DNA from: Myxococcales bacterium
Lineage (GTDB): Bacteria > Myxococcota_A > Polyangia > Polyangiales > DASUME01
Assembly (NCBI GenBank): GCA_047601445.1
Contig: JASGJH010000001.1
Span: 8,576,001 to 8,640,000, forward strand
Direction of reading: 5' to 3'
DNA length: 64,000 nt
The notes under the pieces were generated by a model. It saw only the letters and a list, made by a program, of their open reading frames with translations, did not search any database and had not been told where the DNA came from. The position numbers and the translations under genes are program-made. Below are positions 19,597 to 29,430 of this stretch, piece after piece. Within the stretch, counting starts at the first letter, position 1. Each line of letters begins with the position of its first letter.

Positions 19597-20631
19597 CTAG
19601 CGCCGGATCAAGCGCTCCACGGGCAGCAGCTGAGCCGACGTGGGCGGCGATTCGGGCTGCACGGTCACGTGGGTGATGCCGAAGCGATCCTTGATGCGCT
19701 GGACGACCGCCTGCGCCACATCGGTGCCATGCGCGGCCCCATCGAGCACCACGTGCACGGTGACCGCCGCGAAGCCGTCCGAGATGCCCCAGGCGTGCAG
19801 GTCGTGCAGATCGGCCACGCCGGGGGTCTCGCGGATCACGCGCTCGAGCTCACCGAGGTCGACGCCCAGGGGCACGCTCTCCATCAGGACGTTCGCGGTG
19901 GAGCGCACCAGGCGCAGCGCACCGAAGCCGATCAACAGCGAGATGAACAACGAAGCCAGGGGATCGGCCAACGGTTGGTCGAAGTAGAGCACGCTCAGCG
20001 CGGCGCCGATGGACGCGACCGAACCCAGCGCGTCGGACAGCACGTGGGCGAGGGCGGCGCGTAGGTTGGCATTGCCGTGTTCGTGGTTCAGGCCCAGCAC
20101 CAGCGCCGCGCACAGGTTCACCAGGAGGCCGGCGCAAGCCACCCACAGCATGGTGCCCGCCTGCACCTGGGGCGGATCCTTCAAGCGTTCGATGGCCTCG
20201 ACCACGATCAGCAGCGCCGTCACCACCAGCACCACGCCATTGATCAACGCCGCCAGGATCTCCGCGCGCCGAAAGCCGAAGGTGTAGAGCCGCGTGCGTG
20301 GCTTCATCGCGATGCGCTGCGCGAACAGCGCCAACAAGAGCGCCCCGCTATCGGTGAGCATGTGGCCCGCGTCCGAGAGCAGCGCGAGGCTGTGGGTCAT
20401 CAGGCCCGACACCACCTCCACCACCATGAAGCCCGCCGTGAGCACGAGGGCCCAGGCGAGGCGGCGTGAGGCCGAGCGGGTCACTCCGTGCGGGTCGTGG
20501 GCGTCGGGCTGGCCGTGCCCGTGGGCGTCTCCCGAGGCCGCTCTGGGGCCGCCATGCCCATGGCCGTGCCCATGTCCATGCCCATGGCCGTGCCCATGTC
20601 CATGCCCATGAGAGCCGTGTCCGTGACCCAT
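19597..20631 (-). CDS. Cation diffusion facilitator (CzcD/ZitB-like Zn/Co/Cd exporter) with His-rich N-terminus
   Basis: SLALLSDAGHMLTD, TFGFRRAEILAAL, AALAHVLSDALGS, LHDLHAW, THVTVQPE. Confidence 0.95.
   Translation of the reverse strand: MGHGHGSHGHGHGHGHGHGHGHGHGHGGPRAASGDAHGHGQPDAHDPHGVTRSASRRLAWALVLTAGFMVVEVVSGLMTHSLALLSDAGHMLTDSGALLLALFAQRIAMKPRTRLYTFGFRRAEILAALINGVVLVVTALLIVVEAIERLKDPPQVQAGTMLWVACAGLLVNLCAALVLGLNHEHGNANLRAALAHVLSDALGSVASIGAALSVLYFDQPLADPLASLFISLLIGFGALRLVRSTANVLMESVPLGVDLGELERVIRETPGVADLHDLHAWGISDGFAAVTVHVVLDGAAHGTDVAQAVVQRIKDRFGITHVTVQPESPPTSAQLLPVERLIRR
20552..20610 (-). repeat. 24-bp tandem repeat (about 2.5 copies) encoding a (His-Gly)n tract
   Basis: CCATGCCCATGGCCGTGCCCATGT twice plus a partial copy, inside the 5' end of the CDF gene. 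Confidence 0.85.
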
Positions 20632-20764
20632 CGCGCAAGTCTAGCCCAGCGCGGCTCACTGCGGGTCCGCGCGCTCACTTGGCCTGGGCGGGCTAGCTCG
20701 CTCGCGGCCGACGTGGGCCACCGGGGTAGGGCCGGGTGCTCCGCCGCCTGCTAGGTTGAGGAGC

Positions 20765-21172
20765 ATGAGTGCCCAGCTGATTCACGCTTACTTCGACGCC
20801 TTCAACGGCCGCAACGAGGGCGCGCTCCTCGACATGCTGAGCGACGAGATCATCCACGACATCAACCAGGGGGCGCGCGAGGTGGGGCGCGATCGCTTCC
20901 AGGATTTCCTGGGTCACATGAACGAGTGCTACCAGGAACAGATCGTGGACCTGGTGGTGATGAGCGACGTGACCGGACTGCGTTTTGCCGCGGAGTACAC
21001 GGTGATCGGGACGTACCTCAAGACCGATGCCGGTTTTCCCGAAGCGAGCGGACAGACGTACCGCTTGCCGGCCGGGTCGTTTTTCGAGGTCGAGCTGGGC
21101 AAGATCATGCGCGTATCCACCTACTACAACGTGCGTGAGTGGTTGTTGCAGATTGGTTCGACCGCGACGTGA
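20765..21172 (+). CDS. SnoaL/NTF2-fold ketosteroid-isomerase-related protein
   Basis: YFDAFN...HDINQG...AAEYTVIG...GQTYRLPAGSFF...RVSTYYN; GAGGAG RBS. Confidence 0.88.
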   Translation: MSAQLIHAYFDAFNGRNEGALLDMLSDEIIHDINQGAREVGRDRFQDFLGHMNECYQEQIVDLVVMSDVTGLRFAAEYTVIGTYLKTDAGFPEASGQTYRLPAGSFFEVELGKIMRVSTYYNVREWLLQIGSTAT

Positions 21173-21765
21173 GCGAGCTGTGCATAGAGCGAGTGCGAGG
21201 AGACGCGCTGGTCGGCCACCTGCGTGAGCTGGCGGTCTTGCGCATCGCGGTATTTCGGGAGTATCCGTATCTCTACGAGGGCAGCCTCGACTACGAGATG
21301 CGCTATTTGGCGCGCTATGCCGAGACCACCGGGAGTCACCTGGTGATTGCCCGCGATGCCGAACGTGTGGTGGGGGCCTCGACCTGCACACCGCTCGTCG
21401 GCCAGAGCGCCGACGTACTGCAGCCGTTCCGCCAGGCTGGCTACGACCTTTCGACCGTCTGCTACTTCGGAGAGTCGGTGTTGCTCCCGGAGTATCGCGG
21501 TCGCGGGCTCGGGCACGCCTTCTTCAACCAGCGTGAGGAGGCTGCGCGCGAGGCGGGCTTTCGCTGGGCGACGTTCTGCGCGGTAGTGCGTGGCCACGAC
21601 CATCCGCGGAAGCCCAAGGGCTACGTGCCGCACGATGCGTTCTGGGGGAAGCGGGGGTTCGTGCGGCGCCCCGAGCTGAGCGCCCGCTTCAGTTGGCGCG
21701 ATCTCGGTGAGAACGAGGAGAGCGCCAAAGACATGGTGTTCTGGACGCGCGAGCTCGCCACGTGA
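21169..21765 (+). CDS. GNAT family N-acetyltransferase
   Basis: LRIAVFREYPYLYEG, YFGESVLLPEYRGRGLG (acetyl-CoA motif A); GTGA overlap with the previous gene. Confidence 0.9.
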   Translation: MSELCIERVRGDALVGHLRELAVLRIAVFREYPYLYEGSLDYEMRYLARYAETTGSHLVIARDAERVVGASTCTPLVGQSADVLQPFRQAGYDLSTVCYFGESVLLPEYRGRGLGHAFFNQREEAAREAGFRWATFCAVVRGHDHPRKPKGYVPHDAFWGKRGFVRRPELSARFSWRDLGENEESAKDMVFWTRELAT

Positions 21766-22676
21766 CGGTGCGCGTCGCGACCCTCGCGTATCCCATCGAG
21801 GCCCATGCGAGCTTCGAAGCGTTCCAGAAGAAGCAGGAGCGTTTGGTCAGCGAGGCGTGCGCTCGAGGGGCCCAGCTCTTGGTGTTCCCCGAGTACGCCA
21901 GCATGGAGCTCGGCTCTCTGCGAGGCGGCACGGCCTCTTCGGCCGGCCCGCGCGCGTTGGCCGGGGAGCTGGAGGATATGCAGGGCTGGCTGGAGGCCTA
22001 TCGCGAAACCTACCGCTCGCTGGCCGAGCGCTTCGGGGTCGTGATCAGCGCGCCGAGCTTTCCCGAGCGGGTCGACGAGGGCCGCGCGAACAGCTTTCGA
22101 AACCGGGTTCGCGTGTTCGGACCGAGCGGGGTCGAGGGGCTCAGCGAAAAAGTCATGATGACGCGCTTCGAGAACGAGCACTGGGGCATCCAGGCAGGCT
22201 CGCAGCAGACGGTGTTCGAGAATGCCTGGGGCTGGCTCGGACTGAGCGTGTGTTACGACAGCGAGTTCCCTTTGCTGGTGCGGCGCCAGGTGGAGGCTGG
22301 GGCCCGCGTGATGCTGGTGCCTAGCTGCACGGACACCTTGGCTGGCTATCACCGGGTTCAGATCTCGTGTCGGGCGCGCGCGCTGGAGAACCAGTGCTTC
22401 GTGGTGCAGTCCGTCACGGTGGGCAGCGCGCCTTGGTCCGTGGCGATCGACGAGAACACGGGCGCTGCGGGCGTGTTCGGTCCGGTGGACCGGGGATTTC
22501 CGAGCGACGGCGTGCTGGCGCTGGGGGCGATCGGCGAGCCTGGCTGGGTGTTCGCCGATCTCGACCTGGAGCGCTTGAACGAGGTCCGACGGGACGGACA
22601 GGTGCGTAACCACCAGGACTGGCAGCTAGCAGGTCACCTGGTCGGTGAGGTGGAGCGCGTTTCGCTGCTGCGCTGA
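21762..22676 (+). CDS. Carbon-nitrogen hydrolase (nitrilase superfamily amidohydrolase)
   Basis: Catalytic E-K-C: FPEY, EKVMMT, VCYDSEFP; ARALENQ; GTGA overlap. Confidence 0.92.
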   Translation: MTVRVATLAYPIEAHASFEAFQKKQERLVSEACARGAQLLVFPEYASMELGSLRGGTASSAGPRALAGELEDMQGWLEAYRETYRSLAERFGVVISAPSFPERVDEGRANSFRNRVRVFGPSGVEGLSEKVMMTRFENEHWGIQAGSQQTVFENAWGWLGLSVCYDSEFPLLVRRQVEAGARVMLVPSCTDTLAGYHRVQISCRARALENQCFVVQSVTVGSAPWSVAIDENTGAAGVFGPVDRGFPSDGVLALGAIGEPGWVFADLDLERLNEVRRDGQVRNHQDWQLAGHLVGEVERVSLLR

Positions 22677-22706
22677 GCGCGCGCACCGAAGCGACGGCTC
22701 AAACGC

Positions 22707-22732
22707 AAAAAGGCGCGTCGTCAGACGCGCCT
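22707..22732 (-). terminator. Rho-independent terminator after rpsN
   Basis: Minus strand AGGCGCGTC-TGAC-GACGCGCCT followed by a T-run. Confidence 0.75.
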
Positions 22733-22764
22733 CCAGAACACGAGCGGTCAGCCGCTCGCTCAGC

Positions 22765-23070
22765 TCACCAGCTGGACTTGGTGAGGCCGGGGATCTCGCC
22801 CGCCAGGCCCTTCTCACGAATCGCGATACGCGACAGGCCGAACTTGCGGTACACGGCGCGGGGGCGACCGGTGAGTGCGCAGCGGTTGCGGACGCGGCCA
22901 CGGCTGGAGTTGCGCGGGAGCGCGTTCAGCTGGGCGACGGCGAGCACCTTCTCGGCCTCGGGGGCCTTGGGATTGGAGATTACGGCCTTGAGGGCCGCAC
23001 GCTTTGCTGCGTGCTTAGCCACGAGCTTCCGCTTCTTCTCGTTGGTCGCAATCTTCGCCTTCGTAGCCAT
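22765..23070 (-). CDS. rpsN: 30S ribosomal protein S14, long Zn-independent (C-) form, outside the spc operon
   Basis: 101 aa MATKAKI...LPRNSS...[26 protein letters not shown]...[11 protein letters not shown]; only one Cys; AGGAGA RBS. Confidence 0.97.
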   Translation of the reverse strand: MATKAKIATNEKKRKLVAKHAAKRAALKAVISNPKAPEAEKVLAVAQLNALPRNSSRGRVRNRCALTGRPRAVYRKFGLSRIAIREKGLAGEIPGLTKSSW

Positions 23071-23247
23071 AACTCTCCTATTAGGGGCGCGAACCTTAAT
23101 GCGGCCCCCCCCACCGCGCAACTCAATCGGTGGTTTTTCGCTTGGCGGGGCCTGCTTTCCAGCCAGGACAGGTGTACTCTCCTGCCCCGTAGGCGTCGAC
23201 GTGTCCCGGTTGGGGGGCGAGTCCTCGGGAGCGACTGAAGGATACCC

Positions 23248-23547
23248 ATGAGCGAAGTGACCCAGAAGCTGCAGCGCATGTTGGCCCAAGCACAAGGTTT
23301 TTCCCGGGATGCGCCGCTCGAGGCGGTGGCCCGTGCCCAGCTCGCGGTGCGGGAGGCGGAGCAGGCCCTGGCCAGCGCTCACGGCTCGGAACGTGAGCAG
23401 CTCATCGCGCTGAAGGCCATCGCCGAGTCCCGTGTGGAGCGCTACGGCCAGGAGCTGTCGGGCTGGACCAAGGGTGTGGAAGAGCGCGCCAATCTGTTCG
23501 AGACCCACGAGCAGCAGCGCATCGAGCAACCCATTCCTTCCAAGTGA
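23248..23547 (+). CDS. Hypothetical helical protein
   Basis: AAGGA RBS; coiled-coil-like composition; abuts the ArsR gene. Confidence 0.7.
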   Translation: MSEVTQKLQRMLAQAQGFSRDAPLEAVARAQLAVREAEQALASAHGSEREQLIALKAIAESRVERYGQELSGWTKGVEERANLFETHEQQRIEQPIPSK

Positions 23548-24050
23548 GGCACGCGGTGGCGAAGGCGGACTCGAAGGCGCTGACCAAGGTCGAAGCGCGC
23601 GGGCCCGCGCGCGAGTCCGCGAAAGGCACGCGCGAGCCCATGAAAGCTGCGCAGCCAGCGAAAGACACGCGCGAGGCCGCGAAAGAAGCGCCGACCGCCG
23701 AGTCCGCGGCAGCCGACGACTGTCATCACGAGCACCACGCGAGACGCGTGCCTCCGCTGGTCACCTCCACGCTCGTCATCGAGCGTGCCGCCGCGCTCTT
23801 CCGGGCCCTCGGCGACAGCGCCCGCTTGTCGCTGCTCGAGCGCTTGGCCACCGGGGAGTACTGCGTGACCGAGCTCGCCGAGGCCACGGGGGAAGGTCTG
23901 AGCACCATCTCGCAGCGCCTGAGAACCTTGCGCAGCGAGCGCTTGCTGCGGCGGCGTCGGGTCGGCAAGCACGTGTACTACTCGCTGGCCGATGCCCACG
24001 TGGCAGCGCTGATCCACAGCGCGGTCGCCCACGCCAGCGAGCAGCACTAG
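23544..24050 (+). CDS. ArsR/SmtB family metal-sensing repressor
   Basis: [10 protein letters not shown]...CVTELA...[11 protein letters not shown]; alpha5 site D-x-H-x10-H-x2-E ([17 protein letters not shown]); N-terminal DDCHHEHH. Start uncertain. Confidence 0.92.
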   Translation: MRHAVAKADSKALTKVEARGPARESAKGTREPMKAAQPAKDTREAAKEAPTAESAAADDCHHEHHARRVPPLVTSTLVIERAAALFRALGDSARLSLLERLATGEYCVTELAEATGEGLSTISQRLRTLRSERLLRRRRVGKHVYYSLADAHVAALIHSAVAHASEQH

Positions 24051-24078
24051 TAGCTGACGCCCTAGTGGGTGGTGTTCT

Positions 24079-24984
24079 CTAGAGCAACACGATGAGGCTG
24101 CCCACGCAGGCGAGGAGCAGCGCCAGCGCGAGACGCCAAGTCATGGGTTCGCCGAGCACGAAGACGGCCAGCAGCACCGTGAACACCGAGCTCGTCTGGT
24201 TCAGCAAGGCCGCGTTGCCCGCGGGCGCGAACTTGAATGCTCCGACCCACATCACGAACGACAGATAGCCCCCACAAATCGCGGCAGGAATCGTGAGCTT
24301 GTGGCTTGGTTGAGGGCGAAATACGGCTGCCACGCGCGCACGTGCAGACGGCTGTGCCAGGGCTCGTCCTCCCATCGCCACCAGACCTCCAGCGATGCGC
24401 ACGGCGGTGCACCAGAGGAGGCCGTAGCGCTCGATCATCGGTTTGACGAGGATGATGGCCACCGCCATCAAGACCACGGCGCTCGCGCTCAACAACGTGC
24501 CGCGCACGAGGCGCGCGCGCTCGATGGGCAGATCCGCACCCGGGAACACGCTGGCCAGGCCCACGGCGCCCAGGATCAGCGTCCCTCCGAGCAAGCTGCG
24601 CCCGGACAGGCGCTCGTCCAGCAGCCACCACGAGAAGAGCACCACGCTCGGGCTGTAGAGCGCGTCCACGATCGCCTGACGCGAGGCTCCAATCTGCGCC
24701 AGCCCCTTGAACATCAAGGTGTCGGCGAGGCCGATGCCCAGGGCTCCGCTCGCCGCCAGGGCGAGCCACACGCGAGGATCGCGGGCGACGTCGGTGAAGC
24801 CGAAGCAGGCGCCCGTGAGGAGCAGGAGACCGAAGCCGAGGCTGGTCTTGAGTACGTTCAGCGAGAGGGCGTCGATGCGCTCGCTGCTGCGCTTGAAGAG
24901 CACGACCGAGATCGCCCAGAACAGCGCGGCGCCCACGGCCAACCCGTAGCCAATGAGTCGCGTCTCCTCGCCCGGGCCAGCCAT
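24079..24984 (-). CDS. DMT/EamA family transporter
   Basis: Two repeats of about 5 TM helices; LLDERLS and VLGEPMT motifs. Confidence 0.9.
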   Translation of the reverse strand: MAGPGEETRLIGYGLAVGAALFWAISVVLFKRSSERIDALSLNVLKTSLGFGLLLLTGACFGFTDVARDPRVWLALAASGALGIGLADTLMFKGLAQIGASRQAIVDALYSPSVVLFSWWLLDERLSGRSLLGGTLILGAVGLASVFPGADLPIERARLVRGTLLSASAVVLMAVAIILVKPMIERYGLLWCTAVRIAGGLVAMGGRALAQPSARARVAAVFRPQPSHKLTIPAAICGGYLSFVMWVGAFKFAPAGNAALLNQTSSVFTVLLAVFVLGEPMTWRLALALLLACVGSLIVLL

Positions 24985-25017
24985 GCGCGCGCAACGGTAG
25001 CAGGCGGAACCGCGTCG

Positions 25018-26664
25018 TCAGAGCGGGATGCGCAGCTTGCTCGGCGTGGGCGTGAACTCCACCGTGCGCTCGAAGCTTCGAGACGGATCGCGCACGGGCA
25101 CGAAGCGCAACAGGTACGAGCCGACGGGCATGTAGAAGCGGCCGGGGGTGACACCCAGCTCGGTGTCGCCGTAGAACACGGTGGCCGAGCCGCCAGGCGT
25201 GGCGATGGATACTGCCCCCTCGGCTGGGGAGGCAGTGGCAGCCTCGGGAGCGGAGGCGGAAGCAACCGGCGTGAGCTGCGCGGGCGCGACGTCTTTGGCG
25301 GCCGCGCGGGGCGTCTCTTGCACGCTAGTCGGCTTCGAAGGAGCGGCCTGGGAGGGCGAGTTCGAGCTCGGCCGCAGCGCCAGATAGGTGCCCAAGGTCA
25401 GCGCCGCGAAGACCGCCAGGGACAGCATGGGGGAGCCTGTGGCCGCCGTCGTGGGCGGTACGTCGGTGGCTTCGCTGGCTGCGCCGCGGGAGAAGGACTC
25501 GTCGTCTTCGTCGTGCGCGACTTCGCGCACCGTGCTGAACGACGGATCCTCCTGATGGTTCGCCACGTGGGCCACCGTGGCGAACACCTGGAGCTCGCTT
25601 TCGGAGGGCGGCGGGTAGGAGGAGCTCATGGGCAGCTCGGCCTCGGAGTCGCGCGCGGCGTCGCGCAGGATCTCGCGCTTGATCGCGATGCGCTCGCCGA
25701 ATGCGCGCTGCATCCGGGCCGACATGTCTGCCATCGTCGCGGCCGGCAACACGCTGCCGTTGAGGCGCGAGAGCTCCACGCCGAGCTCCCGTGCAGTCGC
25801 GTAGCGCGCGTCGCGATCACGCTCGAGGGCACAGCGCACCACACGCATCAGGTCGTCGGGCACCACGCAGCTGGGGTTCTCGACGCTGGGCAAGGCATCG
25901 TGAGTGACCGCCAGCACGGTCTCGGCCTCCGTGTCGCGCTTGAACAAGCGACGTTGCGCCAGCGCCTCCCAAAGCACCACGCCGAGGGACCACACGTCGG
26001 CGCGACGGTCGACACCCACGCCGCGCATCTGCTCGGGCGCCATGTATGCGAAGCGTCCCTTGATGGTGCCGTTGCGCGTGGTGTGAAGGCGCTCGGCGGC
26101 GCTCGCGATGCCGAAGTCGAGCACGCGGACGCTGCCGTCGTAGCCCACCATGAGGTTCTGCGGCGAGACGTCGCGATGCACGATGGCGAGGGGCCTGTCG
26201 TCGGGGTCGCGCGCCTCGTGGGCGGCGTGCATCCCCTCGCAGGCCTGGGTCAGGACGTAGGTGGCGAGAGCCGGGATCATCGCCTTGGTCTCGGGCGTCT
26301 GTTTGAGGGAGTTGAGTACCTCGCTCCAGGTCTCGCCCATCACGTATTCCATGGCGAGGTAGTAGGTGCCCTCGGCCTTGCCGAAGTCGAGCACGCGGCA
26401 GACGTTGGGATGGTTGATGCACGAGACGATGCGCGCCTCGTCCAGGAACATGTCGACGAAGTCCCGGTCCTTGGCCAGGTGCGGGTGGATGACCTTCACG
26501 GCGGCGGCTTGCCCAAAGCCCGAGAAGCCCACGCGACGCGCCAGGTAGATGGTGGCCATGCCACCGCAGGCGATTTCTCGCAGCATGCGAAAATTGCCCA
26601 GGCAACGACCTTCGAAGCCGCGCAGGATGCTGCGTTCTCGGTTGCTTGCTTGGGCCTTCGCCAT
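25018..26664 (-). CDS. Membrane Ser/Thr protein kinase with C-terminal PEGA-like domain
   Basis: GGMATIY, AVK, HRDVSPQN, DFG, YMAPE, DVWSLG; TM helix; ELGVTP. Confidence 0.95.
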   Translation of the reverse strand: MAKAQASNRERSILRGFEGRCLGNFRMLREIACGGMATIYLARRVGFSGFGQAAAVKVIHPHLAKDRDFVDMFLDEARIVSCINHPNVCRVLDFGKAEGTYYLAMEYVMGETWSEVLNSLKQTPETKAMIPALATYVLTQACEGMHAAHEARDPDDRPLAIVHRDVSPQNLMVGYDGSVRVLDFGIASAAERLHTTRNGTIKGRFAYMAPEQMRGVGVDRRADVWSLGVVLWEALAQRRLFKRDTEAETVLAVTHDALPSVENPSCVVPDDLMRVVRCALERDRDARYATARELGVELSRLNGSVLPAATMADMSARMQRAFGERIAIKREILRDAARDSEAELPMSSSYPPPSESELQVFATVAHVANHQEDPSFSTVREVAHDEDDESFSRGAASEATDVPPTTAATGSPMLSLAVFAALTLGTYLALRPSSNSPSQAAPSKPTSVQETPRAAAKDVAPAQLTPVASASAPEAATASPAEGAVSIATPGGSATVFYGDTELGVTPGRFYMPVGSYLLRFVPVRDPSRSFERTVEFTPTPSKLRIPL

Positions 26665-26804
26665 GACGCTCGAACCCACGATCCTACGTGCCGCCGCGCG
26701 CGCGAATCAATCGGCTTGGCCGTGGCTGCGTCGGCTTTGCAAGGCGCGGTGAGCAAGGGCGGGTCTTGTGGGCGTTTCGTGCGTGTCTCGCTAGACTGCG
26801 GCCC

Positions 26805-27218
26805 ATGCAAGCGAAGACCCATCTGGCCCTGAATCCGCGGCTGTGCGGCAGCCCGCGAGAACTCGCCAAGGACCGCGCCGTGCTGGAGCTCACCACCCGC
26901 CCGGAGATGGCGGCCGATAGCCAGGGGTTGGTGCACGGCGGATTCGTGTTCGGCTTGGCGGACGCCGCGGCGATGTTGGCGATCAACGAGCCGAACGTCG
27001 TGCTGGGCAGCGCAGAGACACGCTTTCTCGCGCCCGTGGTGTTGGGGGAAACGTTGCTTGCTACCGCGACGGTGACGATGGTCGAAGGCAAAAAGCATTT
27101 CGTGGAGGTGGACGTGACCCGGGAACGCAGTGGCGCCGTACCAGACCAGGTGCTCAAGGGCACCTTCGTGTGTTTCGTGCCGGCCCAGCACGTGCTGGCG
27201 CAGCGAGGCCAGCCATGA
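26805..27218 (+). CDS. PaaI-like hotdog-fold thioesterase
   Basis: [22 protein letters not shown]. Confidence 0.88.
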   Translation: MQAKTHLALNPRLCGSPRELAKDRAVLELTTRPEMAADSQGLVHGGFVFGLADAAAMLAINEPNVVLGSAETRFLAPVVLGETLLATATVTMVEGKKHFVEVDVTRERSGAVPDQVLKGTFVCFVPAQHVLAQRGQP

Positions 27219-28951
27219 ATGGTGGAGATCGCATCGCAGAGGTCCTAGAACGCCAGGGTGTGCAGAGCCTGTTCACGCTGTGTGGCGGGCACATCTCTCC
27301 CATTCTCGTGAGTGCCAAGCGGCGTGGCATCCGCGTCGTGGATGTGCGCGACGAGAAGAATGCGGTGTTCGCCGCCGACGCCACGGCGAGGCTCACGGGC
27401 ATTCCCGGGGTGGCCGCGGTCACCGCGGGTCCTGGAGTCACCAACACGATCACGGCCATCAAGAATGCACAGCTGGCTCAGAGTCCGCTCATCCTGCTCG
27501 GCGGTGCCACGGCCACGGTGCTGCGCAATCGCGGCGCCCTTCAGGACATCGATCAGCTCTCGCTGTTCCGGCCGCACGTGAAATGGGCGGTCTCCATTAC
27601 GCGTCTCAAAGACGTGGTTCCCACGCTCGAGAAGGCCTTCAAGGTCGCGCTGGACGGCATCCCCGGCCCGGTGTTCGTGGAAGTGCCGGTGGATCTGCTC
27701 TACGCCGAGCCCACGGTGCGCGAGTTTTATGGCGCCAAGTCCGCTGGTGACATCAAGGGCGTCACCGACATGGCGCTCCAGGCCTACCTGCGGGTGCATT
27801 TGGCGCGCGTGTTCGCGGGTGCCTCGCACTACACCGTTTCGGATCGCCTCGAAGCTTCGGTACCGACGCCCAAGTCTGCCGACGTGAGCAAGGCCCTGGA
27901 GTTGCTCGCCAACGCCAAGCGTCCGGTGTTCTTGCTGGGCTCTCAGGTCATGCTGCGTGCCGATCAGGTCGCGCGCACCGTGCGCAGCGTGGAGCGCCTG
28001 GGCGTGCCGGTCTACCTGTCCGGCATGGCGCGGGGGTTACTCGGCAAACGACACCCGCTCTGGTTCCGTCACAACCGCGGCGAAGCACTGAAGACGGCGG
28101 ACCTGGTGGTGCTCCTGGGGGTGCCCTGTGATTTTCGGTTGAACTACGGCCGGCACATCGGAGGGCGCGCCAAGCTCGTCGCGGTGAACCTGGACGGTAG
28201 TGAGGTGCGCAAGAATCGCTGGCCCACGCTCGGTGTGACGGGCGATCCCGCGAGCTTTCTGTGGGCCATGGCCGACGCGCAGGCACAGCCCACGGAGGGC
28301 CGCTTCGCCGCGCAGTGCAAGGAGCTGCGCATGCGGGACGACGCGCGCGAAGCCAAGATTCGCGACGACGCGGCTGCACCCAGCGAGCTGATCAACCCTG
28401 TGTTCGCTTGCCGCGCCATCGAAGAAGCGCTCGACGAGGACAGCGTCATCGTCGCGGACGGCGGGGACTTCGTGGCCACGGCCTCGTACATCACGGCGCC
28501 GCGCTCACCGCTGTCGTGGCTCGACCCGGGCGTCTTTGGCACCCTCGGCGTGGGGGCCGGCTTCGCGCTCGGCGCCAAGTTGGCGCGTCCTTCGAGCGAG
28601 GTGTGGATCGTCTACGGGGACGGCTCGGCGGCCTACACGCTGATGGAGTTCGACACCTTCGCGCGCCATGGCATCCCGGTGATCGCGGTCGTGGGTAACG
28701 ACGCGGGCTGGACGCAGATCGCGCGCGACCAGGTGACGCTCCTGGGCGACGACGTAGGGACCACCCTGGCGCGCACGGACTATCACAAGGTGGCCGAGGG
28801 CTTCGGGGGCAAGGGCTTCGTCGTGAAGGCGCCCGGCGAGCTCGCCGACGTACTGCGCGCGGCCAAGGCGGAGGCCAGGGCGGGGCACCCGGTGCTCGTG
28901 AACCTGCACCTCGGCAAGAGCGAGTTCCGCAAGGGCTCGATCTCGATGTGA
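27215..28951 (+). CDS. Thiamine-diphosphate enzyme, acetolactate-synthase-like (ILVBL / 2-hydroxyacyl-CoA lyase-like)
   Basis: [47 protein letters not shown]...GND ThDP motif; ATGA overlap. Confidence 0.9.
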   Translation: MNGGDRIAEVLERQGVQSLFTLCGGHISPILVSAKRRGIRVVDVRDEKNAVFAADATARLTGIPGVAAVTAGPGVTNTITAIKNAQLAQSPLILLGGATATVLRNRGALQDIDQLSLFRPHVKWAVSITRLKDVVPTLEKAFKVALDGIPGPVFVEVPVDLLYAEPTVREFYGAKSAGDIKGVTDMALQAYLRVHLARVFAGASHYTVSDRLEASVPTPKSADVSKALELLANAKRPVFLLGSQVMLRADQVARTVRSVERLGVPVYLSGMARGLLGKRHPLWFRHNRGEALKTADLVVLLGVPCDFRLNYGRHIGGRAKLVAVNLDGSEVRKNRWPTLGVTGDPASFLWAMADAQAQPTEGRFAAQCKELRMRDDAREAKIRDDAAAPSELINPVFACRAIEEALDEDSVIVADGGDFVATASYITAPRSPLSWLDPGVFGTLGVGAGFALGAKLARPSSEVWIVYGDGSAAYTLMEFDTFARHGIPVIAVVGNDAGWTQIARDQVTLLGDDVGTTLARTDYHKVAEGFGGKGFVVKAPGELADVLRAAKAEARAGHPVLVNLHLGKSEFRKGSISM

Positions 28952-29361
28952 TCGAGGAGGCCCTCCGACATCTGTGGGAGGACCATGCGGACCTCCTCGC
29001 GTGGTTCTCGTTGCTGTCGCTGCTGATGCTGGTGGGCTCCGTATTGCTGGTGCCCTGGTTGGTTTTGCGGGCTCCCCACGACGTGTTCGTGAGGGACGCG
29101 CCCAACGATGGGATGGGCTCCGTTCCGGGCTTTCTGTTGTGGGTCTTGCGCAATACCCTGGGCGTGATCTTGCTGTTGGCGGGCATCCTCATGCTCGTGT
29201 TGCCTGGCCAGGGCCTGCTCACCATGGTGGCCGCCCTGTGCCTGCTCGACATCCCCCGCAAGCGTCAGCTGTTGCGTGGCATCGTGGTCCGTCCGCACAT
29301 TTGGAAGGCACTGGGCTGGATTCGAAGCCGGGCCGGTAAGCCGCCGTTCGACTCGCCCTGA
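28948..29361 (+). CDS. PGPGW-domain small membrane protein
   Basis: RNTLG...MLVLPGQGLL...WIRSRAGKPP; GTGA overlap. Confidence 0.8.
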   Translation: MIEEALRHLWEDHADLLAWFSLLSLLMLVGSVLLVPWLVLRAPHDVFVRDAPNDGMGSVPGFLLWVLRNTLGVILLLAGILMLVLPGQGLLTMVAALCLLDIPRKRQLLRGIVVRPHIWKALGWIRSRAGKPPFDSP

Positions 29362-29430
29362 GCACCCTGCGAGCGTTTGCATTCACGCGTGAAATGGGGT
29401 TGGCTTGCGCTTACCAACGAGGGGACCAGC

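Noticed and set aside
20552..20610. Tandem repeat as a possible CRISPR array
   Set aside because: There are no spacers; it is simply His-Gly coding sequence.
23111..23133. CCACCG-N11-CGGTGG palindrome and GCAACT half-site upstream of rpsN as a Zur box
   Set aside because: It does not match a Zur consensus I can support; at most a half-site.
23071..23529. 153-aa N-terminal extension of S14 in the ORF track
   Set aside because: S14 starts at ATG 23070 with an RBS; the extension is antisense to the 23248 gene.
24301..26832. 843-aa plus-strand ORF, and similar long shadow ORFs such as 45071-47290, 50986-52887 and 1306-2937
   Set aside because: They are antisense to well-supported genes and carry no motifs; high GC3 bias makes stop-free antisense frames common.
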